A stretch of 64,000 nt of DNA from an uncultured Gammaproteobacteria bacterium (GTDB taxonomy: Bacteria; Patescibacteriota; Patescibacteriia; Magasanikbacterales; GWA2-37-8): positions 707 to 64,706 of the forward strand of contig CAZEDL010000002.1 of the NCBI GenBank assembly GCA_964510885.1, given 5' to 3'. Positions 1-9,296 of the stretch are shown piece after piece. Made by a program: the position numbers and the translations under genes. The first letter of the stretch is position 1, and each line of letters begins with the position of its first letter. Below the pieces are notes generated by a model. That model worked only from the letters and a program-made list of their open reading frames with translations. It ran no database searches and had not been told where the DNA came from.

Positions 1-250
1 CGATTAAGAAAAACGGGTAGTTTTTTGGTTTTTAATTGTGTTAAGAATCTCTTTTTAAACATAAAAATTCTCTTGCCCCAAAAGAGATTTGATGCACAAG
101 TAATCTTACACTATTTTCGTAAATTTTTACACTCTACTTATTGTTAATAACTTTTAACACTGCAGTGCCACCCATTATGCCAATTTTGGCCTTATTCAAG
201 CGATATTTGATTGATAATTAAAAATTAGTTAGTATCTGTGGTAGACACCT

Positions 251-1426
251 ATGACCCTTCCACTTTTTCAAGAACTTCACCAGAATGCCAATTGCCGAGC
301 CCGCACCGGGATTATTAGCACTGATCATGGTCAGATCCAGACTCCTATTTTCATGCCGGTCGGCACCCAGGGCACAGTAAAAAGCCTGGATCAGGCAGAC
401 CTGGCCGATATCCAGGCACAGATAATTCTCGGCAACACGTATCATTTGCATTTGAGGCCGGGCGAAGAGCTAATTGCCGCACAAGGAGGCTTGCACAAAT
501 TTATGAACTGGTCAGGACCGATACTTACCGATAGCGGCGGATTTCAGGTATTTAGCCTTGGCAAAAGCAAGCGAGCGGTTGCCGCCACTGAGCAGGCGAG
601 TCAAGGGCGCTTGGTGACTATCGATGAAGAAGGCGTGACATTTACATCGCATATTGATGGCTCTGAACATCGCTTTACCCCAGAAAGCTCCATTGATATT
701 CAACACAAATTGGGGGCCGATATCATTATGGCGTTTGATGAATGCACACCTGATGATGCTGCCTATGATTACACCACCGAAGCTATGGAACGTACGCACC
801 GCTGGGCGGAGCGGTCACTTGCAGCTCACCAAAAAAATACCTCGTACCATGGGTATCCCCAATTTTTATTTGGCATTGTTCAAGGCGCGACACACCGTGA
901 TTTACGCGAAAAATCAGCTCGCTTTATATCTTCATTACCATTTGATGGCGTGGCGATTGGAGGCGAATCGATTGGCTACAACATGAAAGCCACCGCCGAC
1001 ATTTTGGACTGGGTGCACCCGATTATCCCGGCTGACAAGCCGCGCTATGCTATGGGCGTCGGGCTTAATCCATCTGATTTATTAGTGGCTGTCGAGCACG
1101 GCATTGATATGTTTGACTGCGTAGCGCCCACACGGTTGGCCCGGCATGGCATGGTGTATATTAAAGACAAGGCCAATAAACACCGATTAAATATCAAGAA
1201 TGGTAAATTTAAAAACGATCTGTCCTCCATTGATCCAGATTGTGAATGTTCCACCTGCCGCACCTATAGCCGCAGCTATATTCATCACTTATTTGCTGCC
1301 GATGAATTGACGGGCTTGCGCTTGGCCAGCATTCATAACTTACATTTCCTGCTCAATTTAATGGCCAAAACACGGGATGCCATTAACGCCAACCGGTTTA
1401 TGGAATTAAAACTGGAATGGCTTTAG
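251..1426 (+). CDS. tgt: tRNA-guanine transglycosylase
   Basis: TPIFMPVGT, ILGNTYHL, TDSGGFQVFSL, DMFDCVAPTR, CECSTC/HN zinc site. Confidence 0.97.
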   Translation: MTLPLFQELHQNANCRARTGIISTDHGQIQTPIFMPVGTQGTVKSLDQADLADIQAQIILGNTYHLHLRPGEELIAAQGGLHKFMNWSGPILTDSGGFQVFSLGKSKRAVAATEQASQGRLVTIDEEGVTFTSHIDGSEHRFTPESSIDIQHKLGADIIMAFDECTPDDAAYDYTTEAMERTHRWAERSLAAHQKNTSYHGYPQFLFGIVQGATHRDLREKSARFISSLPFDGVAIGGESIGYNMKATADILDWVHPIIPADKPRYAMGVGLNPSDLLVAVEHGIDMFDCVAPTRLARHGMVYIKDKANKHRLNIKNGKFKNDLSSIDPDCECSTCRTYSRSYIHHLFAADELTGLRLASIHNLHFLLNLMAKTRDAINANRFMELKLEWL

Positions 1427-1430
1427 CGCT

Positions 1431-1601
1431 GTCATCCTGATCCGCCCGAGGCGGAGAAGGATCCCTTAACGCTGACCCCATCGATGTTTTTGAATTTAAG
1501 GGATTCTTCGTTTCACTCAGAATGACAAGTTGATTGCGGTGTGGTGTGTGACTGGATTCCCGCCGGAGTTTACCCCCAGCGTAAGCGGGGGCGGGAATGA
1601 C
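1431..1601. repeat. REP/MITE-like composite palindrome (GTCATCCTGA...TCAGAATGAC plus GGATTCCCG...CGGGAATGAC)
   Basis: Inverted repeats; related copies at 6866, 13482, 21765, 23655, 28644 and 52519. Confidence 0.8.
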
Positions 1602-1629
1602 ACGTTGTGAGACCAAGCCATCGTGAATA

Positions 1630-1658
1630 TTGACAAAAAACCGCTTTTCAAGTATATT
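1630..1658 (+). promoter_or_regulatory. sigma70 promoter of rplA
   Basis: TTGACA-17-TATATT. Confidence 0.75.
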
Positions 1659-1674
1659 TTTCCTACTTATTCAT

Positions 1675-1709
1675 GTGGGACCGGCCCCTTGCGGTTGGGT
1701 TAGCACCAC
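1675..1709 (+). promoter_or_regulatory. L1-binding autoregulatory leader
   Basis: GTGGGA...ACCAC stem with internal hairpin directly 5' of rplA, matching the known L1 mRNA target motif. Confidence 0.65.
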
Positions 1710-1723
1710 GTAACACACAACGT

Positions 1724-2404
1724 ATGTCCAAACGGATGAAAGCCTTGGCGGCCAAAGTCGACAAGAACAAAGTCTACGGCTGGGATGAAGCCGTCAAATT
1801 GGTAAAAGAAACCAGCGGCGTTAAATTCGACGCAGCGGTGGAAATCCATGCCAACCTTGGCATCGACCCGAAAAAAGGTGAACAGCAAATTCGCGCTTCG
1901 GCCACCTTGCCACACGGCACCGGCCGCACCAAAAAAGTGGCAGCTTTTGTATCCGCTGACAAAGAAAAAGAAGCCAAAGAAGCTGGCGCTGACTTCATCT
2001 ATGGTGATGAAGAAATCAAAAAAATCAAAGATACTGGCAAGATTGAATTTGATGTTGCCGTTACGACTCCAGACATGATGCCTAAGCTGGCCGCGATTGC
2101 TAAAGTACTTGGTCCGAAAGGCTTAATGCCGAATCCAAAAACCGAAACGGTATCGCCGCAAATCAAGAAAATGGTGGAAGAGTTGAAAAAAGGTAAAATT
2201 ACCTTTAAAAATGATGATACCTCGAATGTGCACCAGTCGATTGGCAAGGTGAGCTTTTCTGAAGCACAGTTGAAAGAAAATTTGGCGGCCTTTGTAGATG
2301 TATTGAAGAAGGCAAAACCAGCTACGGCCAAAGGGACATATATCAAAAATTTGGTCATGGTCAGCAGCATGGGCCCAGCGATTCGCATTAGTACGGAAGG
2401 TTAA
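1724..2404 (+). CDS. rplA: 50S ribosomal protein L1
   Basis: KFDAAVE, LPHGTG, LGPKGLMPNPK, SSMGP; start moved to MSKRMK. Confidence 0.97.
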   Translation: MSKRMKALAAKVDKNKVYGWDEAVKLVKETSGVKFDAAVEIHANLGIDPKKGEQQIRASATLPHGTGRTKKVAAFVSADKEKEAKEAGADFIYGDEEIKKIKDTGKIEFDVAVTTPDMMPKLAAIAKVLGPKGLMPNPKTETVSPQIKKMVEELKKGKITFKNDDTSNVHQSIGKVSFSEAQLKENLAAFVDVLKKAKPATAKGTYIKNLVMVSSMGPAIRISTEG

Positions 2405-2424
2405 ATAACTGCCTTACATTTATT

Positions 2425-2455
2425 AGAAACATCCGCTCGGATGTTTCTTTTTTTT
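2425..2455 (+). terminator. rplA intrinsic terminator
   Basis: AGAAACATCC/GGATGTTTCT stem plus T tract. Confidence 0.8.
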
Positions 2456-2488
2456 GCTTTAAATTAGCCAAAATAAAGCTAAAATGTC

Positions 2489-2686
2489 TTGACAAAACCG
2501 TTAAAATGTGCTATACTTCTAAGTTCGGTTTTTCCGAACGATTCAATGCTCTTTGACAATTGATTGTGTGTTATAACCTACTTTTTGCCTTAGGTTAGCC
2601 ATTCTGAGCGAATTAGACGGTCTTTTCTGCTAAAGAAAGCCTAATTCGCTCAGTAATGAACTCAACACTAACAAAGGAGGTTGCCA
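2489..2686 (+). promoter_or_regulatory. Cassette 1 promoter and structured leader with boxA-like element and SD
   Basis: TTGACA-17-TATACT (2489-2517); hairpin GTTCGG/CCGAAC; TGCTCTTTGACA (2547-2558); stem CTGAGCGAATTAG/CTAATTCGCTCAG; AAGGAGG (2674-2680). Confidence 0.75.
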
Positions 2687-3904
2687 ATGGCGAACCTGAA
2701 CAAGCTCGTGATCCTGGCGTTATCTGCCCTCGTCTTTTGCGCCTGCGGCCAACCACCCTCTTCGGAGGAGCATCTGGCTGACCCGAGCGTTGACATGGGG
2801 CCCGCGTCTGACCTGAAGCCTGCCGATATGGCCGGCCCGAACCCTGACATGACGCCTCCCAAGGCGGACATGGGTGAGGTCGGTACGCGGGATCCGACCA
2901 AGCACCCCTTTGCTTCGAACCACCCGTTCAACACCTCAATCGGTAAGGGGGCAACATATAAGCCTGCTGGCCTCAAGCCGGCCAAGGAGATGGGCTACCT
3001 CTTGGCGGAGGAAGACATCATCGTGATGACCCCCACGGCACCCTCCACCAAGGTGCACCTGAACACGGCGGACTGGGTTCCTGGCGCTGACCGGTGTGAT
3101 ACGACTGGACCTGTCCTGTTCTCGGTTCCGATCCCGAAAGACTTCGTTGTTGCTGGTACCTGGCCGGACAACGTAACCCCCAACTCGTGCGTCTCCATAC
3201 TTAGCGCTGACGGACGGACAGTCATCCAGACTCAGCCGTTCGCGCGGTGCACAGCGGGCATGCCGGCCACTTCCCATTACCTGGTCGATCGTGTCGACCT
3301 GTATGGAACGAGTGCCACAGGCTGCCATGGCGGCAGCGGACTCAGCGGACTCGCTGGAACTCTGCGCATGGGCGAGATGATGCCTGGCAGTGGCCACGTG
3401 CGGCACGCCCTGAAGGTCGAGATGGACGGTAGTAACTACGCCGTCTGCCTCACCCCCGGGACCTGTTTCCGCTGGCCGGCTGTACAGGCTGATTGGGCTA
3501 GCGCCTCTTACACAGGCACGAACCCTGATCTCAAGCCCGGCGCCTTGCTTGCCCTACTCGCGACGCTCGACATCAAGAGCCTCGGCCTGAAGACTGGGGC
3601 TGCAAAAGAGTTGGCCTGGACCCTCCAGCACTACGGCGCCTACGTCATAGATAACACTGGCTGGGACATCTATGCCATCGCGGTGGAACGCGGCACGAGC
3701 AGCGAGTACAATGGACGTTATGTCGAGGAGTTCAAGGACAAGTGGGGATTCGACTTCGCTCCAGCGAACCCGAACAACAACTGGTCCAAGGACATCGCGA
3801 CGATCTTCGCCGCCCTTCAGGTCGTGACCAACAATAGTCCGACCTCGATCGGTGGCCCTGGTGATCGCCTCGACCTGCCCCTCCCCGCCCTCAAGCCCCT
3901 CTAG
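2687..3904 (+). CDS. GC-rich putative lipoprotein with DM/DL-Pro low-complexity linker (cassette 1)
   Basis: Signal peptide and lipobox-like VFCAC; DMG/DLKP/DMAG/DMT repeats; strong SD. Confidence 0.8.
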   Translation: MANLNKLVILALSALVFCACGQPPSSEEHLADPSVDMGPASDLKPADMAGPNPDMTPPKADMGEVGTRDPTKHPFASNHPFNTSIGKGATYKPAGLKPAKEMGYLLAEEDIIVMTPTAPSTKVHLNTADWVPGADRCDTTGPVLFSVPIPKDFVVAGTWPDNVTPNSCVSILSADGRTVIQTQPFARCTAGMPATSHYLVDRVDLYGTSATGCHGGSGLSGLAGTLRMGEMMPGSGHVRHALKVEMDGSNYAVCLTPGTCFRWPAVQADWASASYTGTNPDLKPGALLALLATLDIKSLGLKTGAAKELAWTLQHYGAYVIDNTGWDIYAIAVERGTSSEYNGRYVEEFKDKWGFDFAPANPNNNWSKDIATIFAALQVVTNNSPTSIGGPGDRLDLPLPALKPL

Positions 3905-4023
3905 CGCCAAGCGTGCTGATTGGTCGCTTGCGGCCACACAACACACGATCAATCAGCGCGGCTGCCGCTTCATAGCAGCCACAATCCAAAGCCGTTCACA
4001 CCGTGGACTGCTGTGGAGTGTCA

Positions 4024-4050
4024 AATCCCCTAAAGAAAGGGGATTTTTTA
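4024..4050 (+). terminator. Cassette 1 terminator
   Basis: AAATCCCCT/AGGGGATTT plus T tract, after several trailer hairpins. Confidence 0.75.
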
Positions 4051-4142
4051 TTTGGCTGAATCGTAACGACCTAAACCTTGGCAACCCCCGGGTCTTTTGC
4101 TAGAATCAGCTTAGTTAATTAGCCTTCTTTTTTAGAATTTTT

Positions 4143-4613
4143 ATGACCGAACCGCGCGCCACTTATATCTCGTGGGATGAATGTTTTATGCGCATGGCAC
4201 ATGTGATTGCCGAGCGCAGCAAAGACCCGTCGACCCAAGCTGGCTCGTTAATTGCGACGCCAGATAATGTGGTGGTAGGGCTTGGATATAATGGCTTTCC
4301 CCGCGGGATTAGCAATGATGATTTACCCTGGGAGCGCACAGGCGGATTTCTCGACACCAAATATGCGTATGTCTGCCATGCCGAAGAGAATGCCGTGTAC
4401 AATGCCAACACTCAAACCAAAGGCTGCAAATTATACTGCACGCTATTCCCCTGCAACGAATGCGCCAAAACTATTATTCAAAATGGGATTACTGAAGTAA
4501 TTTTTGAGAGTGATAAATATCACGATGTAGAAGCATTTGTTGCGGCGCGACGCTTATTTGATCGAGCTGGAATTACCTATCGACAGTATTTGTCGGACTT
4601 AGCAAGCGAGTGA
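4143..4613 (+). CDS. dCMP deaminase
   Basis: RSKDPSTQ, GYNGFPRG, HAEEN, PCNEC. Confidence 0.93.
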   Translation: MTEPRATYISWDECFMRMAHVIAERSKDPSTQAGSLIATPDNVVVGLGYNGFPRGISNDDLPWERTGGFLDTKYAYVCHAEENAVYNANTQTKGCKLYCTLFPCNECAKTIIQNGITEVIFESDKYHDVEAFVAARRLFDRAGITYRQYLSDLASE

Positions 4614-4697
4614 AACTTGGAAGGCTAGGAACACTGGGGAAGCGTGTAAATATATTACTCCCAAGCCTTCTCAGGCTTTCAAGCTTCCCAAGGCTAT
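4614..4697. repeat. Degenerate ~9-mer inverted repeat array
   Basis: AAGGCTAGG-like units facing CCCAAGCTT-like units; similar array at 5252-5325. Confidence 0.55.
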
Positions 4698-4706
4698 CAA
4701 AATTAT

Positions 4707-5264
4707 ATGCAAAAAAAATTAATCCTCGGCATTGTTGGCGAAATTGCCGTTGGCAAAACCACCGTCACGGATTATATGCGCGATAAATATGGAGCAGTAT
4801 CGTTTCGGTTTTCGGATATGCTCCGGGATGTTACGAGGCGGCTTCATATCGAACCGACCCGAGGTAATTTGCAAATACTATCAACGGTGCTCCGCCATAA
4901 TTTTGGCGAAGATATTATGAGCCGCGTCCTGGCAGCAGATGCGGCCGAATCGACGCATGAATTTATTATCACCGAGGGAGTACGCCGACCGAGCGATGTT
5001 GAACATTTAAAAAATTTGCCTGGTTTTAAAATTTTAGCGCTGGCAGCCGATCCGCGCACTCGCTATGAACGCCTTACAAAGCGCAGTGAAAATCCGGATG
5101 ACCGTAATAAAACCTGGGAACAATTTGTAGCTGATGGCGCCCAAGAATCAGAGCAGAAAATCAAAGATATTATGGCGGAAGCGGATGTGACTATTGTGAA
5201 CGAAGGAACGACCGAAGAATTGTTTAAGAAGGTTGATACTGTTGTTAAAAGCTGGGGAGGCTAG
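4707..5264 (+). CDS. P-loop nucleoside monophosphate/dephospho-CoA kinase family protein
   Basis: GIVGEIAVGKTT, EGVRRPSD; located in the dTTP cluster. Confidence 0.8.
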   Translation: MQKKLILGIVGEIAVGKTTVTDYMRDKYGAVSFRFSDMLRDVTRRLHIEPTRGNLQILSTVLRHNFGEDIMSRVLAADAAESTHEFIITEGVRRPSDVEHLKNLPGFKILALAADPRTRYERLTKRSENPDDRNKTWEQFVADGAQESEQKIKDIMAEADVTIVNEGTTEELFKKVDTVVKSWGG

Positions 5265-5331
5265 GTAGGCTTAGGGCCACCCTTTATCCAAGCTTCCCAA
5301 GCGTTCCAGGCTTCCCTAGCCTTCTACACCT

Positions 5332-5751
5332 ATGCAAATAAAAATAAAAAAACTCAACCCTGATGCCGTTATCCCAAACTACATCCACGAAGGCGATGCT
5401 GGTTTGAATGTGTACACCATGGAAGAAGGTATTATCGGGCCGGGGCAGCGCTGGCTGTTTCCATTAGGGTTCGCTATGGAATTCCCAAGCGGCTACGTGG
5501 CGCTGATGAAAGATCGGAGCAGCATGGCCAAAAATGGGCTGCATTGCCTAGGCGGGGTGTTTGATGCCGGGTATCGAGGCGAATATAATGTCTTACTGGT
5601 TAACTTGAGCGATCAGCCCTATCATGTGCAGCGGGGCGATAAAATTGCACAGCTGGTAGTTCAGCCGGTGACGATAGCGGAGATCGTGGAAACGACTGAA
5701 TTGTCGGACAGCGCTCGTGGCACCGGCGGATTTGGCAGTACCGGGAAATAG
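5332..5751 (+). CDS. dut: dUTP diphosphatase
   Basis: DRSS, GVFDAGYRGE, KIAQLV, RGTGGFGSTG. Confidence 0.96.
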   Translation: MQIKIKKLNPDAVIPNYIHEGDAGLNVYTMEEGIIGPGQRWLFPLGFAMEFPSGYVALMKDRSSMAKNGLHCLGGVFDAGYRGEYNVLLVNLSDQPYHVQRGDKIAQLVVQPVTIAEIVETTELSDSARGTGGFGSTGK

Positions 5752-5781
5752 TCTTACTTTAATTTGCTTAACAATTTTTAT

Positions 5782-5946
5782 ATGGAACGACAGTCTGAAG
5801 CGCCTAAATTAAAATTACCCGGGGTCGATATCGACGCTATACGCGCACGGGAATTAGCAAAATTACCAGAAATTGACCCCCATGATGTAATTGAAGAAGA
5901 AATCCCAGAAATTGATCCCGATGATATAACTGAAGATAGTGATTAA
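5782..5946 (+). CDS. Small acidic hypothetical protein
   Basis: T-ATG start; PEIDP twice; fills the dut-thyA gap. Confidence 0.55.
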   Translation: MERQSEAPKLKLPGVDIDAIRARELAKLPEIDPHDVIEEEIPEIDPDDITEDSD

Positions 5947-5960
5947 ATTTTTAAATGTAT

Positions 5961-6833
5961 ATGCAGGCATACCTCGATATTGTCCGCACAATTCTTGAAA
6001 TCGGCAAACCCAAAACTGACCGCACCGGCACAGGCACAATTGCGGTGCCAGGCATGATGTTTCAGCACGATATGGCCGATGGGTTTCCGCTTCTCACTAC
6101 CAAAAAAATGCCGTTCCGACTGATCGCGAGCGAGTTAGAATTTTTTATTAAAGGCATTACCGACAAACAGTGGCTGCTCGACCGCAACAACCATATTTGG
6201 GATGAATGGGCGAGCCCGCTCAAGGCTCCGTATGGGCATGATGAAGTGAGTAAGAAACGAATGCTGGACGAGCGAGATCTTGGCCCGGTGTATGGATTTC
6301 AGTGGCGCCATTTCGGCGCCCCCTATCAGAGCTTTGATACTGATTATACGGGCCAGGGAATAGACCAGTTGAAACGCGTGGTCGAGACGCTCAAAACGAA
6401 CCCGAGTGACCGGCGCATGATTGTTAACTCGTGGAATGCTGCCGTGCTTAATCAAATGGCATTGCCTCCCTGCCATTACTCGTGGCAGGTGACGGTGGTT
6501 GACGGACGACTTAACTTGTTATGGAACCAACGATCGGTAGACACCATGCTCGGCCTGCCGTTCAACATTGCAAGCTACGCACTACTCCTGCATTTACTGA
6601 CCAAAGAGACTGGACTTACAGAAGGAGTCTTGACCGGATTTTTGGCCGACGTGCACATCTACACAAACCATGTTACTGGCGCCAAGGAACAGTTGGCTCG
6701 CGATCCGAACACCTACTCACTACCACAGATAGCTACCGAAAAATTCACCTCGATTTTTGATTGGGTGTACGAAGATACCGCGCTCTTGAATTACCAGAGT
6801 CATCCCAAGATTAGTTTTGAAATAGCGGTATAA
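5961..6833 (+). CDS. thyA: Thymidylate synthase
   Basis: DRTGTGT, FPLLTTK, GPVYGFQWRHF, MALPPCH, QRSVD, PFNIASY. Confidence 0.97.
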   Translation: MQAYLDIVRTILEIGKPKTDRTGTGTIAVPGMMFQHDMADGFPLLTTKKMPFRLIASELEFFIKGITDKQWLLDRNNHIWDEWASPLKAPYGHDEVSKKRMLDERDLGPVYGFQWRHFGAPYQSFDTDYTGQGIDQLKRVVETLKTNPSDRRMIVNSWNAAVLNQMALPPCHYSWQVTVVDGRLNLLWNQRSVDTMLGLPFNIASYALLLHLLTKETGLTEGVLTGFLADVHIYTNHVTGAKEQLARDPNTYSLPQIATEKFTSIFDWVYEDTALLNYQSHPKISFEIAV

Positions 6834-6844
6834 ACACGTAACAC

Positions 6845-6986
6845 TTATCGAGTTTGGTGAAAAACTGTCATTCTGAGTGGAACGAAGAATCCCTTAACGC
6901 TAACTTCAGCAGTGAGTTTAACTTTAAGGGGTCCTTCGCTACGATCAGGATGACAGGTGGGGGGTTAATTATTCACTGAGCTCAAC
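6845..6986. repeat. REP/MITE-like palindrome
   Basis: TGTCATTCTGA...TCAGGATGACA; shares ATCCCTTAACGCT...TTAAGGG with the 1431 copy. Confidence 0.8.
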
Positions 6987-7016
6987 ACCTATCATTTTTT
7001 TACGTGATACGTGAAT

Positions 7017-7496
7017 ATGTCTCTCTCACTCATCGCCGCCGTCTCTAAAAATAACTGCATCGGTAAAAACGGAAAATTGCCTTGGCACTTGCCGGAGGAT
7101 CTTTTACATTTCAAAAAACTGACTACGGGCAAGATAGTTCTCATGGGGCGCAAAACCTGGGAATCATTACCGGAACAATTTCGACCGTTGCCGAATCGCA
7201 AGAATATTGTGGTTACTCGCCAAACCGATTTTAAGGTACCGGCGGGGGTTGAATTTTTTTCTGAAATTAAAGAGGTGTTGGAAAAATATGGAAACAGTGA
7301 AATAATGGTGATTGGAGGCGCTGAAATTTATCTGCAGACGATTGATCTGGCAGACAATCTCTATATCACACAGGTCCACCAAACCGTAGATGGCGATGCG
7401 TTTTTTCCAAATATTGATCCGGCAGTCTGGAAAGAAATTGAACGCGTTGATGAATTTGGACTAAGCTTTGTTACTTACAAAAGGATACCCTCTTAA
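7017..7496 (+). CDS. folA: Dihydrofolate reductase
   Basis: IGKNGKLPWHLPEDL, MGRKTWES, RPLPNR, IGGAEIY, GDAFFP. Confidence 0.96.
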   Translation: MSLSLIAAVSKNNCIGKNGKLPWHLPEDLLHFKKLTTGKIVLMGRKTWESLPEQFRPLPNRKNIVVTRQTDFKVPAGVEFFSEIKEVLEKYGNSEIMVIGGAEIYLQTIDLADNLYITQVHQTVDGDAFFPNIDPAVWKEIERVDEFGLSFVTYKRIPS

Positions 7497-7573
7497 TAAC
7501 TTACCGATATCTTGTGAACCTCTCTCGCCAAGATATAAAAGGAAATTAAAAGGATAGTGGGAAGATATCACCT

Positions 7574-8281
7574 ATGTTTATCATGGTCGACGGGATAGAT
7601 GGCAGCGGCAAAAGCACCGTGGTTGAGACGTGGAAAGAACATTTGATTGCCGAAGGGAATCCGGTATTTGATTTAAAAAAATACTGGAGGGAAACCGGTA
7701 CCTCGCCTAGCCTATCGGAATTAAAAAATTACGATTTTATTATCAGCGGCGAACCAACCTATGTGGGGGTGGGGGCTGTTATTCGCCAAGAATTAATTAG
7801 ACAAGGTACCAGCTATAGTGCCCGATCGATTGCCGAGGCTTATGCGCTCGACCGCTTGGTGTTGTACCACACCCTACTTATTCCACTACTGCAAGAGGGA
7901 AAAATTATTATCCAAGATCGGGGGGTGAGCACGTCGTTTGCCTACCAGCCAGTCACCGATCCCGCTATTACCCCTAGCTACTTAGAGAGCCTCGAGGGCA
8001 ACCGGGTGGCGCTCGAACACCGACCGGATTATTTGGTACTCATAAACACTCCGGCTAGCGTGGCTATGGAACGGCTGCAGTCACGCACTGACAAACAAGA
8101 TAACGTCATTTTTGAACAGCGTGCACTTCAGGAAAAATTGGCCAACCGGTTTGGGAGTTCGGACTATCAAAACTTCTTTAGTTGCCACGGGACTGTGATC
8201 AAAGAGTTGCCGGGCCACACTAATATTGATATACTACAAGCAGATTCTATTGCCTTATTAACATCGTTACTTAAGTTTTAA
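7574..8281 (+). CDS. tmk: Thymidylate kinase
   Basis: DGIDGSGKST, EPT, QDRGVSTSFAYQ. Confidence 0.9.
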   Translation: MFIMVDGIDGSGKSTVVETWKEHLIAEGNPVFDLKKYWRETGTSPSLSELKNYDFIISGEPTYVGVGAVIRQELIRQGTSYSARSIAEAYALDRLVLYHTLLIPLLQEGKIIIQDRGVSTSFAYQPVTDPAITPSYLESLEGNRVALEHRPDYLVLINTPASVAMERLQSRTDKQDNVIFEQRALQEKLANRFGSSDYQNFFSCHGTVIKELPGHTNIDILQADSIALLTSLLKF

Positions 8282-8294
8282 TCTAGATTTTATT

Positions 8295-9098
8295 ATGCTG
8301 TCGCCAGCCCCGTTTTTTATCAGCCAGAGCTGGAACTTATACCGACGGAACTTCACCGGTTTGCGCCCGTATATGCTTCTATTATTCATCCCGGCCCTTA
8401 TTATGTCGCTCAGCGGAGCTATTGGCGTCGTGTTAAGCGCGTTATTGCCATTCTCTGAGGCTGCAGTTACTGTTGTACTAGCCTTGTTATCCCTGGCATC
8501 TTGGATTTTTAGCATGTTGACAAGCCTCGCCCTGATGATCGCCCAGAAACATATGGTTGAAGCTGGCACAGTTACCCCTTGGAAAGATGCCTACCACCAG
8601 GCTTGGCCGTTTTTACTGCCTGTAATTTGGGTATCAATTTTAGTTGGATTGATCGTACTCGCCGGTTTATTATTACTACTTGTACCAGCCGTTATTTTTA
8701 GCTTCTGGTATGTCTTTAGCGTCTATGAAACCCTGTTTTCTGGCCAACGCGGCTATGCAGCACTCAAAGCCAGCAAAGCACTCGTCAGCGGGCGGTGGGC
8801 AGCTATTGCCTGGCGCGTGATCGCTCCGGGAGCGGTGTTTGCTCTTGTTATGGGGTTAGTCACGTTCTTAGTCACTTTACCATTTGGCATCATGTCACCA
8901 GCTTCATATGGGCTTGGTATTGATCTAGCCACTGGACCAAGTTTATCAACGGTTGGACTTGAAATTGGACATAGCCTATTATCATCCTTAGTGACTGCCG
9001 TTCTTTCGCCGCTGGCCAGTCTTCCCCTGCTACTCCTTTATCTTGAAGCCAAAAAAACTCCGGTAGAAATGGTACCAACTCCGGTCATTCCTTCCTAG
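8295..9098 (+). CDS. Integral membrane protein
   Basis: Multiple hydrophobic helices; ALKASKALVSGRW motif. Confidence 0.8.
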   Translation: MLSPAPFFISQSWNLYRRNFTGLRPYMLLLFIPALIMSLSGAIGVVLSALLPFSEAAVTVVLALLSLASWIFSMLTSLALMIAQKHMVEAGTVTPWKDAYHQAWPFLLPVIWVSILVGLIVLAGLLLLLVPAVIFSFWYVFSVYETLFSGQRGYAALKASKALVSGRWAAIAWRVIAPGAVFALVMGLVTFLVTLPFGIMSPASYGLGIDLATGPSLSTVGLEIGHSLLSSLVTAVLSPLASLPLLLLYLEAKKTPVEMVPTPVIPS

Positions 9099-9106
9099 AT
9101 AATTAA

Positions 9107-9136
9107 TAAAACGCTCTCGCCTCGGGAGCGTTTTTT
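9107..9136 (+). terminator. Intrinsic terminator
   Basis: AAAACGCTC/GAGCGTTTTTT. Confidence 0.75.
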
Positions 9137-9296
9137 AGTTGTCAAAAATGAGGTAAAATGATAGGCTTCCACCGATAATTTACCACGGCTTTTGTTAAAA
9201 ACATTCACAAACAATGTAGCACTATAGCAATTTTTTATTGGTATACTGCTAAATTGTTACATTGTTAGACGATTGAATCGAAGCAACCAACTAAAT

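Noticed and set aside
120-250. preQ1 riboswitch upstream of tgt
   Set aside because: No recognisable aptamer consensus
1673-1723. Extended N-termini from the ORF track (rplA, gatB, pyrE, ruvA, speA, ruvC and others)
   Set aside because: Extensions run through promoters, leaders or repeats; homology starts at downstream ATGs
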